DNA from: an uncultured Chloroflexia bacterium
Lineage (GTDB): Bacteria > Chloroflexota > Limnocylindria > Limnocylindrales > CSP1-4
Assembly (NCBI GenBank): GCA_963713975.1
Contig: OY970218.1
Location: 32,001-96,000, forward strand
DNA length: 64,000 bases
Direction: 5' to 3'
The notes under the pieces were generated by a model, which was not told the origin of the DNA, did no database searches, and worked only from the letters and a program-made list of their open reading frames with translations. Positions 1 to 8,651 of this stretch are shown piece by piece (the stretch's first letter is position 1; each line of letters opens with the position of its first letter). The position numbers and the translations under genes are program-made.

Positions 1-2
1 CC

Positions 3-1022
3 GACACCGTGATCCCCAGCGCGGACACGCTGGTGATCGTGGACGGGGAGGACGTGGCGGAGATCCCCGACCGCGCGAGGTACCGCCGGGGCCAGACCCC
101 GCAGACGTTCCGGGTTGGCGTGCTGGCGAGGGCATACGCGGCCGCGGAGAAGGCAGGGGACCTCAACGCGACGGACGACTGCAGCCTGGTGCTGCGTTAC
201 GTGCCCGAGGCCCGGATGGTCGCGGTGGCGGGTGACGAGATCAACATGAAGGTCACCACCCGTATCGACATGGTGATGGCCGACCGCATGCTCCAGATGT
301 CGGTCCTCGTACCGGGTCCGGAGCCCATGCCCACCAGCACACTCGCCGGCAGCCGCATCCTGGTCATCGGCGGCACCAACGGCATCGGGCGTTCGATCGC
401 GGACCTCGCCGCCGAGGCGGGGGCCCGCGCCGAGGTCGACGGGTCGTCGCTGGGCCTGGACGTCCGTGACTACGCGGCCGTCGAGGCCAGCGTCCGGGGC
501 GCCGCCGCCAGGCTGGGCGGCCTGGATCACGTCGTGTGCACGGCGGGCGTCCTGCGCATCGGACCGCTGTCGGAGACGGATCCCGCCGCCTTCGCCGAAG
601 CCATCGACGTGAACCTCACCGGAAGCCTGAACGTCGCCCATGCCGCGCATGCGTACCTTCGGGAGAGCCGGGGGTCGATCACGTTCTTCGCCTCGAGCTC
701 GTTCACCCGCGGCCGGCCGGACTACGTCCCCTACTCCGCCAGCAAGGCGGGGGTCGTCAACATGACGCAGGGGCTGGCCGACGAGTGGGCGTCGGATCAC
801 ATCCGCGTGAACGCCGTCAGTCCCGAACGGACGGACACTCCGATGCGGCGGAAGGCGTTCCCGACCGAGTCCGTCGACGGCATGCTGACCGCGATCGACG
901 TGGCGGCGGCGACGCTTCGCCTGCTGCAGTCCGATCTCACCGGGCAGGTCGTGGACGTCAAGCGCCACGACGTGGTCGAGGGCGGCGCTGGTGCGCGTCC
1001 GGCCCCGGCCGACCGGTCCTGA
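3..1022 (+). CDS. Bifunctional IspD/TarI-type cytidylyltransferase fused to an SDR reductase (Bcs1-like CDP-ribitol synthase), 5'-truncated by the window edge
   Basis: N-part has IspD motifs GQTPQTF, TDDCSLV, NMKVTTRID. C-part has SDR motifs GGTNGIG, YSASK, NAVSPERTDT. Confidence 0.8.
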   Translation, partial: DTVIPSADTLVIVDGEDVAEIPDRARYRRGQTPQTFRVGVLARAYAAAEKAGDLNATDDCSLVLRYVPEARMVAVAGDEINMKVTTRIDMVMADRMLQMSVLVPGPEPMPTSTLAGSRILVIGGTNGIGRSIADLAAEAGARAEVDGSSLGLDVRDYAAVEASVRGAAARLGGLDHVVCTAGVLRIGPLSETDPAAFAEAIDVNLTGSLNVAHAAHAYLRESRGSITFFASSSFTRGRPDYVPYSASKAGVVNMTQGLADEWASDHIRVNAVSPERTDTPMRRKAFPTESVDGMLTAIDVAAATLRLLQSDLTGQVVDVKRHDVVEGGAGARPAPADRS

Positions 1023-1056
1023 TCGCGGCCGGAACCGCCACACCAGGCCCCGCCCC

Positions 1057-2184
1057 ATGACCGAGCTGGAGTACCGCCTGGCAAGCGCCGTCCTGCGCGT
1101 CCTCGGCTGGCTGATCGACCTGCTGCCGGCCGATCCCGGGCGCGTGGTCCTGTCGACGGCCCGGCTCGACGTCCTGGATGGCAATCTCCTGGGCATCCAC
1201 GGGGCGATCCGCCGCCTGCGCCCGGATGTCCGCCCGGTCCTCCTGCTCGAGCCGTATGGGTACGGGCTGACGGCCAAGCTCCGCTACCTGGTCCGCCTGG
1301 TCCGGGGGATCTACCACGTGCGGACGGCCGGGCTGGTCGTCGTCGACAATGCCTACCTGCCCATCCACGTCGCGCCCCACCGGCCGCGAACGACCGTGGT
1401 CCAGGTCTGGCACGCATCCGGCGCCCTGAAGCGCTTCGGGATGGACACGGTCGTCCCCCCGGCCGAGCCGGAGCGCACGTTCCTGCACCGGCACTACGAC
1501 TTCGTCGTGACCGCCGGCGAGCAGAGCGTCGACCCGTGGTCTCGTGCACTGCGGACACCACCCGAACGGGTGCTTGCCCTGGGTGCGCCGAGGACCGACG
1601 CCCTCCTTGACGCCGACGCGCTGGCGGCGGCCAGGGGCAGGATCCTCGCTGCCTACCCCAGCCTGGCCGGACGGCGGATCATGCTGTACGCGCCGACCTT
1701 CCGCGGTCGCGGCCGGGACAAGACGGGCACCGCGGCGCTGGACGGGGAGCGGCTGCGCACCCTCCTCCCCGCCGCGTGGGCGATGGTTATCAAGTCCCAC
1801 CCGAACCTCGATCCGGCGACCCAGCCGATCGCCGGGTTCGACCTGGCGGGCGGGCCGGCGGAGGATCTCAACGACTGGCTGGCGGCCGCAGATGTGCTGG
1901 TCACGGACTACTCGTCGGCGATCTTCGACTGGGCGCTCCTGCGACGCCCGCTGGTGCTGCTGGTGGACGACCTCGAGGCGTACGAGCGCGATCCGGGCCT
2001 CTACCTCGACTACCGGACGGACATGATCGGGACGCAGGTCCACGACGCCGAAGGGGTGGCCGGCGCGGTGTTGGCGGGGGCGGTCGACGCCACGCGCTGG
2101 GATGCCTTCATCGCGCGCCACATGACCGCGTGCGACGGACGCGCGAGCGAGCGGTTCGTGGAGCGGTTCCTGCCAGCCAGGTGA
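1057..2184 (+). CDS. CDP-glycerol/ribitol glycerophosphotransferase family protein (TagB/TagF-like)
   Basis: Motifs QVWHASGALKRFG, LGAPRTD, LYAPTFRG, KSHP, LVTDYSSAIFD; ATG at 1057. Confidence 0.85.
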   Translation: MTELEYRLASAVLRVLGWLIDLLPADPGRVVLSTARLDVLDGNLLGIHGAIRRLRPDVRPVLLLEPYGYGLTAKLRYLVRLVRGIYHVRTAGLVVVDNAYLPIHVAPHRPRTTVVQVWHASGALKRFGMDTVVPPAEPERTFLHRHYDFVVTAGEQSVDPWSRALRTPPERVLALGAPRTDALLDADALAAARGRILAAYPSLAGRRIMLYAPTFRGRGRDKTGTAALDGERLRTLLPAAWAMVIKSHPNLDPATQPIAGFDLAGGPAEDLNDWLAAADVLVTDYSSAIFDWALLRRPLVLLVDDLEAYERDPGLYLDYRTDMIGTQVHDAEGVAGAVLAGAVDATRWDAFIARHMTACDGRASERFVERFLPAR

Positions 2185-2243
2185 CCGGGCCGGGCCACGC
2201 ACGGGTCCGCTCGTCGCGGCCCCCGATGCGGCACACTGCCTCC

Positions 2244-3185
2244 ATGACTACGAAGATCATCCTCGACGTCGACACCGGCACCGACGACGCAGTCGCGCTC
2301 ATGGTCGCCGCGCTCTCGCCCGATGTCGACCTCGTGGGAGCGACGGTCGTCAACGGCAACACCATGCTCGATTCGTGCGTGGAGAACACGCTCCGCGTCC
2401 TCGAATGGATCGGGATGCCGGAGGTCCCGGTCCACCGTGGGATGTCCCGGCCCCTGGCGCGGGCGCAGGCCGTGCAGCCCAACCCGGCGAGCCTGATCCA
2501 CGGCGACAAGCTGGACCTGCCGGAGGCGACCATCCACGCCGGTGAGCAGCATGCCGTCGACTGGCTGATCGACACGTACCTCGCGTCCGACGGCGACATC
2601 ACCCTCGTGCCGGTCGGGCCGCTGACCAACATCGCGACAGCGATGCAGAAGGAGCCCCGCATCCTCGACCTGATCCCGGAGATCGTGATCATGGGCGGCG
2701 CCCACGACCACGGGAATGCCACGGCTTCCGCCGAGTTCAACATCTGGCTGGACCCGGAGGCGGCGCGGATCGTCGTCAACAGCGGCCGGCCCATCCGAAT
2801 GCTGCCCCTGGACGCGACCCACCGGGCGCTCGTCTCGGCCGAGGACTGCGGGCGGCTGCGCGCCCTGGGCACGCCCGCGGGGGAGGCCGCCGCCCGGTTC
2901 GTCAGCAAGCGGATCGAGGGCTACGACGCCACCCAGCCGATGCACCGGGCCGGCGCCGCGCCGGTCCACGACGCGCTGGCGGTGTGCGCGGTCATCGATC
3001 CATCCGTGATCACGACCCACTTCATCCCGGTGGACGTCGAGACCGGCGGGTTCCTCTCGGACGGGCGGACGGTGTGCGACTTCAGGTTCCGCAGCCGCAG
3101 GCCCGCCAACGTGCAGTTTGCGATGGATGCGGACGAGCCGAGGTTCGTGGCGATGCTGCTGGACATCCTGGGTCGGACCGCGTAG
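2244..3185 (+). CDS. Inosine/uridine-preferring nucleoside hydrolase
   Basis: N-terminal DVDTGTDDAVA motif, GPLTNIA, MGG, AEFNIWLDPEAA, VHDALA. Confidence 0.92.
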   Translation: MTTKIILDVDTGTDDAVALMVAALSPDVDLVGATVVNGNTMLDSCVENTLRVLEWIGMPEVPVHRGMSRPLARAQAVQPNPASLIHGDKLDLPEATIHAGEQHAVDWLIDTYLASDGDITLVPVGPLTNIATAMQKEPRILDLIPEIVIMGGAHDHGNATASAEFNIWLDPEAARIVVNSGRPIRMLPLDATHRALVSAEDCGRLRALGTPAGEAAARFVSKRIEGYDATQPMHRAGAAPVHDALAVCAVIDPSVITTHFIPVDVETGGFLSDGRTVCDFRFRSRRPANVQFAMDADEPRFVAMLLDILGRTA

Positions 3186-3312
3186 CCGGACTGCGCTTCC
3201 GTCGCGAGCCGGACGTCGAACGGCACCGCCGATCGGGCCCAACGGCCGCCGAAGCTATTGCCGGTGGGGCGTAGGGTTGGGTGGACCCGCCGCAAGCGGG
3301 GAGGAGGCGACC

Positions 3313-4284
3313 ATGACGACCCGCGAGCGATCCGGCTCCAGCGTCCAGGCAGCACCGGCCGTCGGGCCCAGGGTCATCCGGGCCCGAACCCACGATGAAC
3401 CGGATCCCGCCGAGCCGTGGGAACTGCCGGCCGACGAGGAGCTCCTCACGGAGCTCTCCACGCGGCGCTTCGAGCGGCTGCCACACCGCCCTGCATCGCT
3501 GGCGGAGGTGCCGGAAGGGGCGCTCGGCGACCTGCGGCCCGTCATCGGGGACGTCGGGCCGGAGCAGCTGTTCGTGATCCCCCGGTCGGCACGGACGATC
3601 GATGCGGGCCGGTGGGTGGAGACGGCAACCGAGGTCATCGGGGTCGGTGACGATACGATCGCGATCTGGATCACCGATGCCGACGGGCCGCGCGTGCGCG
3701 CGCTGCTTTCCTTCGCGGACGTCGTTGCGATGCTCGACCGGAGCATCCTGCTCTACGGACGCCTCGAGATCATCGGGTCCGAGTCCTCCATCGTGGTGCG
3801 CTACAACACGGTTGGCCAGCCCGAGCTGCGCAACCTGCTGCTGCCCCTCCGACGCCTCGCGGCGCCGGTCGACGAGCCGTTGCCGGAGGACATCGGGAGC
3901 GACCCGGGTGACCTGCCGCACAAGTGGATGGCCCTGGTCCACTCGAGGGACGTCATGCCGCGCGGCATGGACCGCCTCGTCGTGGCCGCCGGGGACGTGG
4001 CAAACCCGGTGCCGCACCTGCACGACGGCGTGGCGGTGCTGTCCGGCACCGAGCTCGTCATCGCGACCGACCCCACGGCCGAGGTCGGGATGGCGCAGTA
4101 CGGCGTGGACCTGCTCGTCGTGGCGCGAAGCCGCCTGCGGTCACTCGGCGGCCGGGGCAGCACGTTGACCGTGAAGGCGGCGGCCGCTCCCCGGGACGTG
4201 GAGATCCGCCTGACCGCCCACCCGTCGCTGGTCAAGGAGGCGACCCGGTTGCTGGTACCGCTCGTCGGGACCGGCGAGGGCTGA
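3313..4284 (+). CDS. Hypothetical protein (323 aa)
   Basis: Strong GAGGAGG SD before ATG 3313; GC3-rich codons; no recognised family motif. Confidence 0.75.
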   Translation: MTTRERSGSSVQAAPAVGPRVIRARTHDEPDPAEPWELPADEELLTELSTRRFERLPHRPASLAEVPEGALGDLRPVIGDVGPEQLFVIPRSARTIDAGRWVETATEVIGVGDDTIAIWITDADGPRVRALLSFADVVAMLDRSILLYGRLEIIGSESSIVVRYNTVGQPELRNLLLPLRRLAAPVDEPLPEDIGSDPGDLPHKWMALVHSRDVMPRGMDRLVVAAGDVANPVPHLHDGVAVLSGTELVIATDPTAEVGMAQYGVDLLVVARSRLRSLGGRGSTLTVKAAAAPRDVEIRLTAHPSLVKEATRLLVPLVGTGEG

Positions 4285-4295
4285 GGACGCGACCG

Positions 4296-4739
4296 TCAGC
4301 CGACGCGGCTGAAGGCCTCCGCGATCCGGATCAGCCGATCGCGCAGTTCCGGCTCGGACTCGAACGGGGCCGCGATCTCCGCGATGCGGGCCCGACGATC
4401 GTCGATGATGGCGGCCTGAACCTGCCGGCCCGCGACGGTCAGCCGGGCGCGCGAAGCCCTGCGGTCGCGATCGTCCGGGCTCACCTCGATCAGGCCGCGC
4501 CTCTCGAGTCGATGGACCTGGCGGCTCGTCGCCGGTAGCGTCACACCGACGCGCCTCGCCACCTCGCCGATGCGCATCCCGGTGTCGGATTCGCCGAGCA
4601 CGACCAGCACCCGCCACTGCGGAAAGGTGAGCTCGAAGTCGGGCCGGGCGGCGCCGATTGCGACGGTCGTCAGCGCCACGCCCGCGAAGATGATCCGTTC
4701 GAGCGACTCCGCGACCGTCTGTTCGCTGGTGACCGTCAT
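4296..4739 (-). CDS. MarR family transcriptional regulator
   Basis: LTFPQWRVLVVL...IGEVARRVGVTLPATSRQVHRLERRGLI...DDRDRR...LTVAG winged-helix pattern. Confidence 0.9.
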   Translation of the reverse strand: MTVTSEQTVAESLERIIFAGVALTTVAIGAARPDFELTFPQWRVLVVLGESDTGMRIGEVARRVGVTLPATSRQVHRLERRGLIEVSPDDRDRRASRARLTVAGRQVQAAIIDDRRARIAEIAAPFESEPELRDRLIRIAEAFSRVG

Positions 4740-4974
4740 CGTGCCCTCGAGCAGTGCGAATGCGCAGGGCCGCCGGGGCAAAGCTTCCCGGACCTGCGGA
4801 CCGGCTTCGCGCGCCGGTTCCCGGAGTCTAGCGCCCGGCCGCCGGTCGCCGGATGCCCTGTCGGGAGACCGGCCATTGACGGCGGGGCACTGGCCAGATA
4901 CTTGCCTGTGGGCTATCATATGTGGGACCGGCCCGTGCCTTGCCGGGCAGACCCCCGAACACGAAGGAGTGTCC

Positions 4975-5274
4975 ATGCTGCAACTCACGAGCCGAGCGAA
5001 GGATCACCTGGTGCGAGTCCGCCGCGAGCGCGGCGTGGATGAAAGCGCCGGTGCACGGCTGGTCCCCAGCGAAGGCCGCGTGAGGCTCACCTTCGTGCAG
5101 ACGCCCAAGGAGGGTGACCGGCTCACGCAGACCGATCCAATCCGGGTCTTCGTCGCTCCCGAGGTCGCGGGCGCGCTGGACCACGCGACGATCGACGTCC
5201 GCGAGAGTGCCGGGAGGAACGTCCTCGTGTTCCGACGCCGGGCGCGCCGGACCGCGTCGGCCGCGCAGGCCTGA
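4975..5274 (+). CDS. HesB/IscA-fold-like small protein without cysteines
   Basis: GAAGGAG SD; MLQLTSRAKDHL...PKEGD...IRVFVAPEVAGALDHATIDV resembles the HesB/YadR core. Confidence 0.65.
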   Translation: MLQLTSRAKDHLVRVRRERGVDESAGARLVPSEGRVRLTFVQTPKEGDRLTQTDPIRVFVAPEVAGALDHATIDVRESAGRNVLVFRRRARRTASAAQA

Positions 5275-5310
5275 CACCCGGGCGCCGCACCGGCGCCCTC
5301 GCGAATCGGA

Positions 5311-5340
5311 AAGACCTCCGGGATCCCGGAGGTCTTGTTC
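5311..5340. terminator. Probable bidirectional intrinsic terminator between the HesB-like gene and the tRNA pair
   Basis: Inverted repeat AAGACCTCCGG-GATC-CCGGAGGTCTT with short A/T runs on both flanks. Confidence 0.7.
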
Positions 5341-5355
5341 GTGCTGACCGGCTGA

Positions 5356-5431
5356 TGGCGCGCCCGGCGGGATTCGAACCCACGACCCCCAGCTCCGCAA
5401 GCTGGTGCTCTATCCACTGAGCTACGGGCGC
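5356..5431 (-). tRNA. tRNA-Arg (anticodon GCG)
   Basis: Reverse complement GCGCCCGTAGCTCAGTGGATAGAGCA CCAGC TTGCGGA GCTGG GGGTCGTGGGTTCGAATCCCGCCGGGCGCGCCA; 76 nt, encoded CCA. Confidence 0.95.
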
Positions 5432-5441
5432 ACGATGTGAC

Positions 5442-5533
<92 letters not shown>

Positions 5534-5549
5534 ACGTGCAGCGCCGGGG

Positions 5550-5558
5550 ATCATAGCA
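5550..5558 (-). promoter_or_regulatory. Extended -10 promoter (TGCTATGAT) for the tRNA-Ser/tRNA-Arg pair
   Basis: TGnTATGAT lies about 17 nt upstream of the mature tRNA-Ser 5' end. Confidence 0.6.
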
Positions 5559-5983
5559 TCCGCGCTTGGCTTCTCCGGCTGGGTCGATGGCCCGGAGGGG
5601 TGCCGCGCGGCGATCGATCCGGCCCCCGCTGGGCGGTCTGGCGCAGCGCGGCCCAGCACCAGCAACGCCCCGCGGTCCCTGCTCGGATAGCCAAAGGACG
5701 ACTACTCGTCAGGTGGCTCAGGGATTCACGGCCGGTGCCCTCCTCCGGGACCGCGAACTCGCTGCCAGGTAGTCGCTCAATCCTGATCCTGTCAGCCACC
5801 AGTTCCTGGACGACGCGCTCGCCGGCCGAGGAAGGCCCAATCCGAGCCAGCTCGAGCGCTCGGGGCTGACGAACAACCGTGCTTGGACTATCTGCTGGAA
5901 ACGCCCCGCCATTGACACGGCCTGCTCGCGGCGCGCAGTTGGCAACCGCGGCGGGCCGGCAGTGGGCCATGGGCCGCTCCGAA

Positions 5984-6012
5984 TTGACACTTGGGGGTCC
6001 CTTGGATACCGT
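5984..6012 (+). promoter_or_regulatory. Sigma70-type promoter of the aro operon
   Basis: TTGACA (5984-5989), 17-bp spacer, TACCGT (6007-6012). Confidence 0.7.
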
Positions 6013-6023
6013 CCATGACACCG

Positions 6024-6059
6024 ATGTGCGCCATCTATCTCTTTACCTGCCCGGCATGA
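6024..6059 (+). CDS. Putative attenuator leader peptide MCAIYLFTCPA
   Basis: ATG TGC GCC ATC TAT CTC TTT ACC TGC CCG GCA TGA directly after the promoter; Tyr and Phe use the rare AT-ending codons TAT and TTT. Confidence 0.55.
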   Translation: MCAIYLFTCPA

Positions 6060-6106
6060 CCGCCCCCGGAACCTAGAGACCCGGGAGTCGGCGGGTCGTG
6101 CCGGGT

Positions 6107-6141
6107 GAGCAGAGGTTTCGGACCTCTGCTCTTTTTGTTTT
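6107..6141 (+). terminator. Intrinsic terminator in the aroF leader (attenuator)
   Basis: GAGCAGAGGT-TTCGG-ACCTCTGCTC followed by TTTTTGTTTT, ending 36 nt before the aroF ATG. Confidence 0.85.
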
Positions 6142-6177
6142 CGCGATCACATTCAATTCGAAGGACCTGGAATTCAG

Positions 6178-7254
6178 ATGTTCGTGGTGATGCGGACCGG
6201 AGCCACCGAGGCCGAGGTCATCGGCGTGAAGGGCCTGATCCTGGCGGAGGGCCTGACGCCCTTCGAGAACGCCGGCTCGAACCGGACGGTGATCGCGATC
6301 GTGGGCGAGATCGGCCGCCGCCGGGAGGCACTGCGCACGCGCCTCGAGGCCACCCCGGGGGTGGCCAACGTCACCCCCATCTCCAAGCCCTACAAGTTGG
6401 TGTCGCGCGAGTTCCACCCGGACAACACCGAGATCCGGGTGCTCGACAGCATCGTGGGCGACGGTGGCTTGACCGTCATGGCCGGCCCGTGCTCCGTGGA
6501 GAGCCGCGACCAGCTGCTCGAGACAGTGGACCACGTCGCCAGCCATGGCGCGACGATCATCCGCGGCGGGGCGTTCAAGCCGCGCACCAGCCCGTACAGC
6601 TTCCAGGGGCTGGGGGTCGAAGGGCTGCGCTACCTCGCCGAGGCCCGCGAGCGGACCGGCCTGCCCGTGATCACCGAGGTCATGGAGCCGAGCCAGGTGG
6701 ACATCGTCGCCGAGTACGCCGACATCCTCCAGATCGGCACCCGGAACATGCAGAACTTCTCGCTGCTGCTGGCCTGCGGGCGGGCCGGCCGGCCGGTGAT
6801 GCTCAAGCGCGGCTTCGGGGCCACCATCGAGGAGTGGCTCATGGCGGCGGAGTACATCGCATCCGTGGGCAACAGCCAGATCATCCTGTGCGAGCGTGGC
6901 ATCCGGACATTCGAGACCAGCACCCGCAACACGCTGGACCTCACGGCGGTCCCGCTCCTCCACCACCTGACCCACCTGCCCGTGGTGGTGGACCCGTCGC
7001 ACGCGACCGGCAAGCGCTGGCTGGTCAAGCCCCTCGCGATCGGCAGCGTGGCCGTGGGGGCCGACGGGATCATGGTGGAGGTGCATCCCCGCCCGGAGGA
7101 GGCGCTCTCTGACGGCGAGCAGTCCCTGACGTTCGGGCTGTTCGACCAGATGATGACCGCGATCACGGCGGTGCACGCGCACGTGAAGGACCTCCACGGG
7201 GACCTCCTTCCGGCTGCCGGCCCGGACTCGACGACAGCGGCCGACGGGAGCTGA
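6178..7254 (+). CDS. aroF: DAHP synthase (class I-beta) with N-terminal regulatory domain
   Basis: [59 protein letters not shown]. Confidence 0.95.
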   Translation: MFVVMRTGATEAEVIGVKGLILAEGLTPFENAGSNRTVIAIVGEIGRRREALRTRLEATPGVANVTPISKPYKLVSREFHPDNTEIRVLDSIVGDGGLTVMAGPCSVESRDQLLETVDHVASHGATIIRGGAFKPRTSPYSFQGLGVEGLRYLAEARERTGLPVITEVMEPSQVDIVAEYADILQIGTRNMQNFSLLLACGRAGRPVMLKRGFGATIEEWLMAAEYIASVGNSQIILCERGIRTFETSTRNTLDLTAVPLLHHLTHLPVVVDPSHATGKRWLVKPLAIGSVAVGADGIMVEVHPRPEEALSDGEQSLTFGLFDQMMTAITAVHAHVKDLHGDLLPAAGPDSTTAADGS

Positions 7255-7256
7255 CC

Positions 7257-8651
7257 GTGGTGGCGATGCCAACGGGCCCCGGGACCTTGGACGGGACGAC
7301 GACGCTCGCTGACGCGGTCCGAGGCGGGGCGCTCGTGATCCGGCCGGCGGCTCGTCTGCGCGGCCGGCCGGCGCTGCCGGGGGACAAGTCGATCTCCCAC
7401 CGCGCGCTGCTGATGGCGCTCCTCGCCGAGGGCGAGTCCCTGATCACGGCGGCCGGCGACGGCGCGGACGTCCGGTCGACGGCCGGCATCGTCGAGGCGC
7501 TCGGGGCGCGCGTGGAGCGGGTCGCCGAGTACGCCGGACGCGTTGACTATCGCGTCATCTCGCCTGGTGGCGATGCGCTCCAGGAGCCGGGTGGCGTCCT
7601 CGATTGTGGCAATTCCGGCACCACCGCGCGACTGGTCACGGGACTGCTCGCGGGTCGGCCGTTGTCCGCTGTGCTGGACGGTGATGCATCGCTTCGCCGG
7701 CGACCGATGGGCCGCGTGGTCGAGCCGCTGCAGGCCATGGGAGCGGTCCTGGCCGGCCGGGACGGGAACACGCTGCTGCCGCTGTCCGTGCGTGGCCGGG
7801 CGCGACTGGCGCCCATCGACGTCAGAACCGCGGTCCCCAGTGCCCAGGTCAAGTCGGCGATCCTGCTGGCTGGCCTCGCCGCGGACGGTGAGACGCGCGT
7901 GACCGAGGCCATCGCGACCCGCGATCACACCGAGCGCATGCTCCGGGCCCGCGGCGTGACGGTGCGGGAGGAGACCGCATCGGACGGCGCCCACACGGTG
8001 CTCCTGGCAGGCCCCGCTCGCGTTACCGCGATCGACGACGCCGTACCGGCCGATCCCTCCGCGGCGGCGTTCTGGCTGGTGGCCGCGTCCATCCACCCGG
8101 ACGCGGAGCTGCACCTCGAGCGAGTCAGCACGAACCCGACTCGGCGTGCCATCATCGACATCCTCCGGCGCATGGGCGCCGACATCGAGGAGCGCGACGT
8201 CCCGGGTCCCGGCGGCCCGGACGGCGAACCCCTCGCGGACCTCGTGGTCCGGTCCGGCGAGCTTCGGGGCATCGATCTCTCCCCCGCCGAGGTGGCGACG
8301 GCGATCGACGAGATCCCGATCCTGTGCCTGGCCGCGACGGCGGCGTCCGGGATCACGCGCATCCGCGGAGCCGGGGAGCTCCGCCACAAGGAGTCCGACC
8401 GGATCGCAGGGATCGCGGGCGGGCTGACGGCGCTTGGGGCGCACGTGCGCGTCGACGGCGACGACATCGAGATCGACGGGGGCACGCACCTGCGGGGCGC
8501 GGTCACCGACACCATGGACGATCACCGGCTGGCGATGACCTTCGCCGTTGCCGGCCTCATCGCCGAGGGCGAGACCACCGTCACCCGACCTGGGTCGGCG
8601 GCGATCTCGTACCCCGGCTTCTTCTCACAACTCGAAGGGGTGCGAGCATGA
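7257..8651 (+). CDS. aroA: 3-phosphoshikimate 1-carboxyvinyltransferase (EPSP synthase); start codon uncertain
   Basis: PGDKSISHRAL, DCGNSGTT, RRPM, SAQVKSA, RDHTE, KESDR, DHRLAM. Confidence 0.95.
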   Translation: MVAMPTGPGTLDGTTTLADAVRGGALVIRPAARLRGRPALPGDKSISHRALLMALLAEGESLITAAGDGADVRSTAGIVEALGARVERVAEYAGRVDYRVISPGGDALQEPGGVLDCGNSGTTARLVTGLLAGRPLSAVLDGDASLRRRPMGRVVEPLQAMGAVLAGRDGNTLLPLSVRGRARLAPIDVRTAVPSAQVKSAILLAGLAADGETRVTEAIATRDHTERMLRARGVTVREETASDGAHTVLLAGPARVTAIDDAVPADPSAAAFWLVAASIHPDAELHLERVSTNPTRRAIIDILRRMGADIEERDVPGPGGPDGEPLADLVVRSGELRGIDLSPAEVATAIDEIPILCLAATAASGITRIRGAGELRHKESDRIAGIAGGLTALGAHVRVDGDDIEIDGGTHLRGAVTDTMDDHRLAMTFAVAGLIAEGETTVTRPGSAAISYPGFFSQLEGVRA

